Positions 1 through 9,400 of a stretch of DNA of 64,000 nt are shown here, piece by piece. The notes below the pieces were generated by a model. The model did no database searches, had not been told where the DNA came from, and saw only the letters and a program-made list of their open reading frames with translations. The translations under genes and the position numbers were made by a program. Source of the DNA: Nemertoderma westbladi (lineage: Eukaryota > Animalia > Xenacoelomorpha); assembly GCA_032718475.1 (NCBI GenBank), contig JAUCBJ010006656.1, positions 1 through 64,000 of the forward strand, written 5' to 3'. Within the stretch, counting starts at the first letter, position 1. Every line of letters starts with the position of its first letter.

Positions 1-1059
1 GTCACCGTAACACAATATGTCCTAGAAGGGATACAGGCCTGAACTGTACAGCGGCCAAACCACTAGACTGCATCGCCGGTCACTTGGATTTGGCAATGAT
101 TTTGCTCACAATCCACAATTTCCATGTATTATAAAGTTCTACAGTACTGTATAATAATAACAATATACAGTACAGGCCACCAGAAAACGCAGATTTGTTC
201 AAATGTAAACACGTTTGATCAAATGTGTACCAGTGTAATGTAATGTGTTCAACGGGACCTTTGAACATAATTGAACATATTTGAAATGGCAACAACCAAA
301 ATTTTTTCGCCAAAGGATACAATTGAATACTTTTGAAACGATTAGTAATCTGGAAACTCTCTGTAGTTTGCCTCGAACTGTCACTCACTGCAGCTGGAAA
401 TGCAATAAGGATATTGTTTACCTTTATAGTGTGCGGTTAATAGTGTCTAGTAGGCAGGCCTATAGTTAGTGATGTTAAGGCATCTTCTGGTCTTTCTCTG
501 CGCCCTCTCTGTGTCAGACTAATGGCGCGACATCTCCCTGCACTAAATTAATTTATTCAATGGTCTAGTCTCCTCCATCCATATACCCATCCACTCCCAT
601 ACACGCCATGAATCTCCATGTGGTTTTGTAGTTCTCTCTCTATCAATACACATCCGTTTGCACGTGCTTTGTCTGCAATACATTGGGGGATAACCGCCCA
701 CTGACGAGACCACTTTGCCTCTTAGAAAGAGCACCAGCCTACATTCCTGTATTCATTTAAGCCCCGTACACATCCAACGGTGCGTGAGCGGTAACGATTC
801 TGGTGGTATTAATTGATGCGGTAAGCCAACGGTACACTACCCGGAGCCCGTTCACACCCAACGGTACCGTTACGGTAACTTATTGTCTATCTGTCGACTG
901 TGAATTCAACAGGAAATTACATTAATTGTTTTAACATTTTTTTAAATGGGCTGCGGTAAACCGCGCGGTTTAGCGCACAACTACCTGATGGGTCGTTCAC
1001 AGTCAGCGGTGATCAATAATCACTTATCCTACAGTCTACTATTTAGGTTTTAGCCCATT

Positions 1060-1318
1060 ACACTGTCGGCACAACGTAACGCCGACGCTGTCGGCACAAA
1101 GTAACGCCGACACTGTCGGCACAACGTAACGCCGACACTGTCGGTAAAACGTAACGCCAACAATGTCGGCACAACGTAACGCCGACACTGTCGGCACAAC
1201 GTAATGCCGACACTGTCGACACAACGTAACGCCGACACTGTCGGCACAACGTAATGCCAACACTGTCGGCACAACGTAACGCCGACACTCAGCACATTAT
1301 TTGCACACTGTCGGCACA
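1060..1318. repeat. 25-bp minisatellite (ACACTGTCGGCACAACGTAACGCCG)n, about 9 copies
   Basis: Directly visible tandem unit. It explains the three overlapping repetitive minus-strand ORFs at 1039-1328. Confidence 0.95.
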
Positions 1319-1359
1319 GCGTTTGCACCCAGTACGGTTATGATAGCACATTGCCAATA

Positions 1360-1582
1360 GGGTTGTCGTTTCAACCTTCTCATTAAATTAATATTGAAAA
1401 ATTTGTGCCTAAAATTAAAAATTTTACTGTAAACTGTGTTCCTAAATTTAGTTTATTGTTTTGGTTAGAAAAGCTTGCCATTATAACCTGCTACTTTCAT
1501 TTAAAAGTGCCTTAAATGGTGAATATCGAAATTAAATATTCCCGAATTTAAGTTATGTTAAAATAGGCTGAAACGACGCCCC
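1360..1582. mobile_element. Putative MITE (non-autonomous DNA transposon)
   Basis: Imperfect terminal inverted repeats GGGTTGTCGTTTCAACCT ... AGGCTGAAACGACGCCCC. A truncated paralog lies at ~34383-34545. Confidence 0.5.
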
Positions 1583-2913
1583 ACTTTGTAGAATGCGTAT
1601 AGGTAAGGTTCACCGTTGGTTAAATTTTTTTTTTCAACATTACAGTAAATTTAGGGTTGGCCAATTTTATCAAATGTAACTTGACTCGAGTTCGATCCCG
1701 GCCGTATCTGTTAATATTTTGCATTTTAATTTGATTATTTAATATTATTTAGAAATAATCACTTAAAATCGTCAATAACTTAAACAATAGTTTTATACAG
1801 AGATGAAGAAGTGGATACGTTTAATACCGCAAGGAACGACATAGACTGTCAAAACCACAGCAAACTCATAATCTAGGCAATCTTAGTTCCCGATCAACTT
1901 AGATCTTAAGCTACGGCTGTATGGGGTTGCTAAAATTTAGTTAGGTCCTATGTATGTCGGTCGGTCATTCTGCTATCCGACAATCTGACCGTCATAAATA
2001 TAAGAAAGAACACACCATTTAGCTAAAAGTATAGTTATAGGGGTTTTCGTAGCCGCAGAATTTATTTCTAGTGTCAGTTGTAACATTTGATGACTTCCCC
2101 ATTATCTGTTTGGTTCTCAAGCTGTCTGTTATATTATGTCTGTCTGTTTTTGACGGCCAGATTGACAGTCATACAACTGTACAAACAAAAACCACGACGC
2201 CAAATTTTAATATTGACATCAGAAATGAAGTCACGGATCAAGATAACGCCGATATAGGAAATGTTTTCAGACAGAAATGCTTTCTATTGTTTTGGAGACT
2301 CACAGAATGACTGACGGACAGTCACACGGACAGACAGCTATATCTCAAGAAATAAGAGAGATCTTGCTAAACTGTTTTCAAATTTGGAATCTTGATCAAA
2401 ATCTGCTCTAGGTGAAATAGAAAAAAAATCTTTGAAAAAAATTTGAATTCCCACTATCCCCCCCCCCCCCCCCCCCCCCCCCCTTAAACCACACCTACAG
2501 TATAACATACAGGGCAGGGGGACAGGGTGCGCCACGCGTACGTCGGGTACGCCACGCCAACGCCGGGTACGGTTCTGCTACAGTGCTACACGCGGCCACC
2601 CACCCCAATACAGACTGCGCAATGTTGTTTACTGACAATACACTGTGTGTTTAACACGCACTTTCGTTGATGCAAGTTCAGAAGTTGTCTGTCCAATACC
2701 TAGGACTCGGACATACCATTTAACATACAGTAGTAGTCCTAAGTTAAAGTGTGGTTGGCACCGGGACAGAGAACCCTACCGGTACCTGCCAGGGTAGGTA
2801 CCTAACCAGGACCCAGCTCTTTATATTTCAGTGCTGCAGTACGCAGGTAGGTACCGGTACCTATGTTGTACCGACGTGTTGTACCGTACGTCATGTACAG
2901 TACGTACGGTAAT

Positions 2914-4127
2914 TGTAAAAGCTTTTGCGGAATTGCCCGGTTATTTTTCCTTATTTTTCCCGTAAAATACTCTGTAGTTGGTTTAGTAGGCGTAAGAGGC
3001 CGTATTATTGCTGTATCGGTGTTTTTTAGAGGACCTAAGAGCTATTTCTTCCGTATGTGTACTTTGGGGGACATGGTTGGTGATTCTATGGCAATTCTAT
3101 GACGCAAAATAGCTAGATCCTCTTGAAACAGTAGTTACTATGACGACGGTTAACAGCTGAGCTGTATACGTGTCGATTTTCTTTGTTCTACGGTGCCTCT
3201 CAGTTCAGTCAACCAATCAGAGCGTTTTTACTGTTCTTGTACAGAAATTTCCTAGAAATCACGCAATGCTTTATGGGCAGTGTTATCATTCAGTCCTGAG
3301 CCAAGAAAGAACGGCTTTTGGAATATTTGTGCTTTTCTGCTTTTAGCCTAACACTAGTAGGCTTAATTATAAGGACATATATCCGTTATCCTGGGTAACT
3401 CAATGGTTAACAACTTACTCAATGCTTGGCTGGTCTTGTCGTGCATACTTTTATAACGTTATACTGCTATTTACTGTCGGTTATTCATTATATGGTTGAT
3501 GAAATATTATATTTGGAATAACGAGAAATAACCCCGAAAACCCAATATTCTTGATATACCGAAGGTAAGAGAGACAGGTTACATATAACGATTGTGACTT
3601 ATGTTAAAGTGGTTTGAAGTGAATCTAATGTTATCTGATAGACCCTACATGAGTCGGTCTGTGTTCCTTTTATATGTGACTAAAATCAGTGAAGATCGGC
3701 AGATCAGTGTGCAGTATTGTGCAGCATTGTGTATGAGTGAGACTGATAACGAAGCATTTCCTAAAGAATGCGCCATATATGTGAATTGTAACTAAGCCAT
3801 ATCGTTGCATGTAGTTTAAGTCATAGCTCTGTTTATATAGATAGAGCGCCACGTCCAAAAGGAACTGTTAATATTCCCCGAAGGTGAATAATATTGTCAG
3901 AGATTATATAATACTGTCAGTCGAATAATACATTAGGCTTACATAGCAATAAGATTAAGCCGTCGAAGTCAATCTCCCGGGTATATCCAGCGGGTGAATG
4001 ATCGCGCACAGATTGGTTTCAACTAGTGTAGTGAATCAAATACTTGTCAGAGGCTAAAAGCGATTTATTATCTAGAAGACATCCTAATTTGGCGGGTTAA
4101 ACTGCCAAAGGTCTGAAAGCGCGAACA
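2914..4127 (+). repeat. 5' LTR of BEL element
   Basis: TGTAAAAGCTTTTG...GCGCGAACA, direct repeat of 14507-15719. Confidence 0.97.
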
Positions 4128-4139
4128 ATAACGGATATA
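4128..4139 (+). promoter_or_regulatory. Non-tRNA primer-binding site complementary to the element's own LTR (candidate self-priming site)
   Basis: ATAACGGATATA abuts the LTR end and is the exact reverse complement of TATATCCGTTAT at 3378-3389 (and 14971-14982). There is no TGG-initiated tRNA PBS. Confidence 0.75.
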
Positions 4140-4496
4140 GCTTCTTTATTGCAGTAAGCAATAAAGTTGAAAGTACCGGTCAACCGGTAAACCTGAACCG
4201 GTACTGCGGTACGTCTGTAGGCCCAACTGCCTGAACCGGTACTGCTGTAGGTCTGTAGGCCCAACTGCCTGAACCGGTACTGCTGTAGGCCCGTAGGCTC
4301 AACTGTCCTAACCGGTACTTCCAGTACAGGTATAGCAGTATTATTCGATTTTGATTATTATATACCAGTAGGCCTTAATAATTAATCAGGGAGGGCCCGC
4401 CCTGGTTTTTTATTGAGATTTTACTTATTTCTGTCAGTTTTATTTATTTGTAGGCCAATATTGAGCAGAAGGCGTGTAAGCCTGCTCAGATTGTAC

Positions 4497-5085
4497 AGAT
4501 AATTTGTAGGCTTGACTGTTGGCTAACTGTTGATTAGGTCTGAACGGATTGCAGTGCATGTAGAGTGTATGTCCGATAAAGAACGGTTAGGAAGTAGGGG
4601 CAGCCATAGCTGTAAGGTAAACCCCCATCTAAAGAATAAGTCGTACTACTGGGTTAGAACGCATACTACTTAACCATTTCGGAGTCTGCATGTCCTGTGG
4701 TTTATTTAGGCCTGATAGGAGTCCGCCAGCGTTTGGTCTGTACTTTGTTTGTGTAGTCTGTACGGGTAGCGTATAATTTTATTTAGATAATTTGTAGGCT
4801 GGATAGTTGTCTGGCTGTTGTTGGGTTTGAGGAAATTTCGGTGTGTGTAGAGCATCTGTCCGATAAAGTGCTAAGTTAGGAAAGTAGGGGCTTCAAGTGC
4901 TGTGAGGTAAACCCCCTGTGAAAGAATAAGTCGTACTACTGGGTTAGAACGCATACTAACTAATCATTTTGGAGTCTGCATATACCGTAGTTTGTTTAGG
5001 CTTGATAGTAGTCTGTCAGTATTTGGTCTGCATTTTGTTTGAGTAGTTTGTACGCGTAGCGTAATATTTATTATTCAGAGTTTAT
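4497..5085 (+). ncRNA. Tandem ~290-bp duplication in the BEL leader carrying a conserved structured RNA motif
   Basis: Core AAAGAATAAGTCGTACTAC at 4631 and 4921, also at 63349 and 63637 in the second element. Nested stems show a compensatory change (TCCGA/TCGGA vs TCTGA/TCAGA). Confidence 0.6.
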
Positions 5086-6407
5086 GCGATTATTCGCAAC
5101 ATTCATTCCCCAAGTTTGTTCCTACAGTAATTGTGTTTGTTATACATACCGTTATAGTTAAACTAACCCCGGTACTACATCAGGGCTGCTCGGCGTAGGT
5201 AAAGACTGGAGATTTTATGCTTTGGTCACTCCGGCAGATACCGTGGTTCTTTTGGCTGTTCAAGTATTTTTAACTACTGATTATTTGTTGTACAAGTACT
5301 TGTACCTAATTTAGGGTTTAGTGTACAGTACTTTCCGAAGGTGATTAGTGTGTAGGCAGTATATTTGTGTTGTAAAGTGGTTAATAGGCACGTTGGTTCT
5401 GGTAGACCGCGGTAATTAATCTCTAGGTAGGAACACTCCGTGATACATAACGTAGTACCTATAGCGATACGGCTATAGGTCGTCAGGCAGTGGTATTTTC
5501 CTATCTGGACAGCGCAATATATTTACTACTACTTATTATTTTCAAATACCGTAGTAACCTGTCCGTTGTAATAACCAGATATTCTAACCCTTTGTTAGGC
5601 TGGTTAGTAGACTTCTTGTAAAATTACCCTAAAAATTTGTATTTGTGTATTTGTAATTAAATTTTTGTGTTTATTTAGAGATTGTAATCTCAACCCGAAT
5701 TGTACGTAATTTGTAGTATTAAGTAACTTAGGTAAATTATAATTATTTGTTTTAGTGTCTAACAAGTAGCACTCCACTGAGAGCGCACAGCTTATGTGTA
5801 GTGACTCCCCCAGAAATAATAACATTTATTTCAAACATTGACAAAACCCATTAAACGGGTATATATATATTATAAATCAACTCAAACGATTTATAAATAG
5901 TAGGCCTGCCATACAACAATTAGGTCTCAATATCAGTTGGACTACTGCTTAAATAACGGCAATAAAGTAAGTTAAAGTAACCAAGTAACCCTTAAAATTC
6001 AGAAATTCAATTATTTAAAATAATTGATATACCGGTATTTACAATAGGCTTATTATCTTTATTTTCATAAACTTAGCCTGAAATCATACCGGTATTCTGT
6101 AATTAATTTTAGTTAATAATTATACTTATATATACTATAAGTGTAAACTGCATACCGGTATCCACGATAGGCCTATTATATATTTATATATATTTGTGCT
6201 AAAATTATATACCGGTATTCTGTAAAAAACCTAGTCTGTAATAATACTTATATATACCATAAGCATACCGGTATTCTAATATTATATATATTACGCTACA
6301 CTGAGTAGCAGTATCGGTAATTAATTACTAGGCTAGCAGTTAATACTGAATTACTAGACTTGCTTGGACTGTAATATAGCAGTAGGCATTCAACTGTGCA
6401 AACAAAC

Positions 6408-9400
6408 ATGTCTGATACTAAGCAGAACATGTCAGACAGTTTATTAGATGTAACTATCTGCGACTCAGATAAGGGTGTAGAACCGTCTACACCTAAGTTC
6501 AGTTCACCTCCCACTGTGAGGAAGGTCATCCCTCCAGTAGTAATAACAGAACCGAGGCTGGTCCAACATCGTAGGTCTATCATAGGCACTCGAGCTCAGG
6601 TCAAGCGGGACCAAGAAGCAGCGGAACAGCAACAACCCGCGAGCCAAGAACTTATTTCTCAGCGGCCCGACAGCTCCAGTAGTGAGGATACTGTAGAGCT
6701 AACACCCGAGCGCGGAGCAAGGATGACGGATGCGGTTTATTCGGATCCCCTTCTCATCCTTCCTGCATCCGTACTCACTAGGTTATTGATCGCGGTGGAA
6801 GAACACCAGATTGATTGGGCGAGAAGTAAGCGATCCACTAAAGATAGTTATGAGGGATACACAAAGGAAGAACTGAAATCTATTGTCGAGTCGCAATGGA
6901 ACTTCCCCGGACCCGGACTCCCGTTTGATTTATCAGAAGCTGCCTGGGAAGACATACACCAGATGGGAGTAGCCAAGGAAACCATCGATCCAGCTGTGTG
7001 GAAGAGGTCCGCAGCCGGATACGCACAGGGATTCTTCAGCTCTATGGAGCGAGTAAAAGAACAACTGTTTCAACAACCGCAAGGACCTCAAGAGCAGGGA
7101 CAACTGCTTTATCAAGTTAGAGAAAGAATTCTGCGAATTAGGCTAATCTTATCGGCCTTTGAGGAGGCTTCTAAAAGAAGACAAGACACGTCATTGCAAG
7201 TTGCCGTAAAGACTTGGTTTCAACGGGTGAGTCGCCAGGTTCAAGGAACAGCGCAGTGGAAAGCTCAGCTGGAGGAGCGCTCAACCCATGGAGAATCAAC
7301 AGACGCTACATTTTCCCAAGTGGAGAGTGAAGCGACAGCAGAGAAACCGCATAAGAGGGATGCCATTGACATCTATCTGTCAGACTATCAGCGTTTTTTA
7401 GGAGATGAAGAGTTTAGGAGAAGGTTAGATGGACTTAGCCCTAATAGCGAAGGAACTCAGCGTGTGTTGGATGCCATCGATGTGGACATGAGGGCTGCGA
7501 ACCAGGCTAAATTTGATGAACGCCTCCGCATCACTAGAGTCCAAGAAGAACAAGTAAAGAAAAAACGTATAGAAGACAGAAAGGCAGCGGCAGTAGCAGC
7601 AGCAGTGGCATCGGCAGAAGCTGAAAGAAAGGCGGCCGAAGCGGAAAGAAAGGCGGCAGCGGCAGAGGCAGAAGCGGAGAGAAAAGCGGCCGAAGCGGAA
7701 AGAAAGGCGGCAGCGGCAGAAGCGGGGAGAAAAGCGGCCGAAGCGGAAAGAAAGGCGGCAGCGGCAGAGGCAGAAGCGGGGAGAAAAGCGGCCGAAGCGG
7801 AAAGAAAGGCGGCAGAGGCAGTAGCAGAAGCAGAACGGAGAGCGGCTGAAGAAACCACCCAACTAGAATTGGAAAACATTCAGGAGAATCAAGACTGCAT
7901 AAATAAACAGTTAACAGCTAGTAATATGCAGATGATGAATCGATCTACTCCCAAAAGACAGGGATATACATCATCTGAGGAAGGCGATACCACCGATACT
8001 GAAGGCAAAGGAAATAGATCTCACCTAAGCAGACGTAAAAGAACATCCCACCGTCAGAAATTGCCTGATTTGCCTCCAGCTGTTCGAAGGCAACTAAATA
8101 ACACCAACTTAGGTAGTACAGAACCCACAGACCAAATAATTACAATAGAGAGACTCCCTACTATAGTAGATGAGCCTGAAATAATTAGGCCTGTTCCCGA
8201 AGCCACCCTTTCGGTCGTAGAGACACCTGTACTCCCTGAACCTACCTCTCAATTCCCTTTGCACAGCACTAAGCTACCTGTGCCCAGCAGAACAGCCCAT
8301 GAGACAGTTCATGCCCTGGACTCCGAGCGAAATATTCACGATTTGTCGCCCGTTGTCCCTCGTCCGCCCGCTACAACGTTGGCGAATCCCGCTTCGGCGG
8401 TTGAATGGGTGGATGAGAGACGACGGGGGATGGATCTCCTGCTCAGACAGATGCAGGAGACCGTTCAGCAATTCAAGGGCACAGTAAGGGAAAGTAGGCT
8501 AGAGTTGCAAGAAGTGCAGCAAAGTATCGCGTTAGAACGCGATAAATTAGTAAATACACAAAAGGGTATACCACCACCCCCTGTAACAATGTGTCAACCT
8601 GTTAGGTCTGAATGCGTATCTCATGCGCAAGGTGTGGAGCCTACACGCATCTATACTGCTAGCGAAGTAGAAACTCCTATAGTGAACCCTATTAAGAGTA
8701 ATTATAGACCTGTTGATAATGATATTCCCTATAGACCTGATCATAATCCGAGAAATTTATATACCGATAACTCGATATTAAATAACACGATGGCCCAAGA
8801 AAGTTTTACGCGTCAAATGGCTAGAACTGAAGCCCGGCAAGCGGTAAAGGTGGGAGAGATAGTCAAGTTCAATGGAGATGAGATGAAATGGTTACCTTTT
8901 AATGAATATTATAAAGATAACATACAGAACTCTGTACTATCTAATGGAGAGAAACTTAGATTCCTCATCGAGTGTTTGGAAGGATCTCCCAAGTTAATGG
9001 CGTTAAAGTTTATTGGACATCCAGACGGATTAAGACAAGTTTGGGATACACTAAACATCAGGTATGGTAATAGGAATAACATAGCTGGGTATTTGTATGC
9101 AAAGTTGGTAGCGCCCCGAAAGTTTATTAGCAGCGGGATTATAGAGTTTTCCGATGAAATTCAGGAGATCTGCAGACAATTAGATTGGCTAGGTAAGTCT
9201 CATGAGTATCAGAGTGCTATGGTTATTAGAGCAGTGGCTTCTACTTTACCGAAGGGTGGAGTAGGTACACGCTGGGACAAGAAAGTGTTATATATGATGG
9301 AACAACAACGACGAGACCCTACCATGGCTGATCTCATGTCATTCTTAGATGGAGAAGTGAAATTACAGCTCCTAAGGCAGTCCAGAGAGAAGACACTGGA

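Noticed and set aside
472-522. MLRHLLVFLCALSVSD* signal-peptide-like micro-ORF
   Set aside because: Stops after 16 codons, has no good splice donor, and is absent from the paralogous unit.
2457-2483. Long poly-C/poly-G tracts (also ~36693, 49064, 57388, 58887)
   Set aside because: Mostly parts of repeat families, and homopolymer length is unreliable in assemblies. No independent evidence of function.
3601-3858. Short ORFs duplicated at 15193-15450
   Set aside because: They lie inside the LTRs, so the duplication is explained by the LTRs. No coding signature.
7425-7879. Cys/Arg-rich and Ala-rich minus-strand ORFs
   Set aside because: Antisense shadows of the (AAEAERK)n repeat in the BEL ORF.
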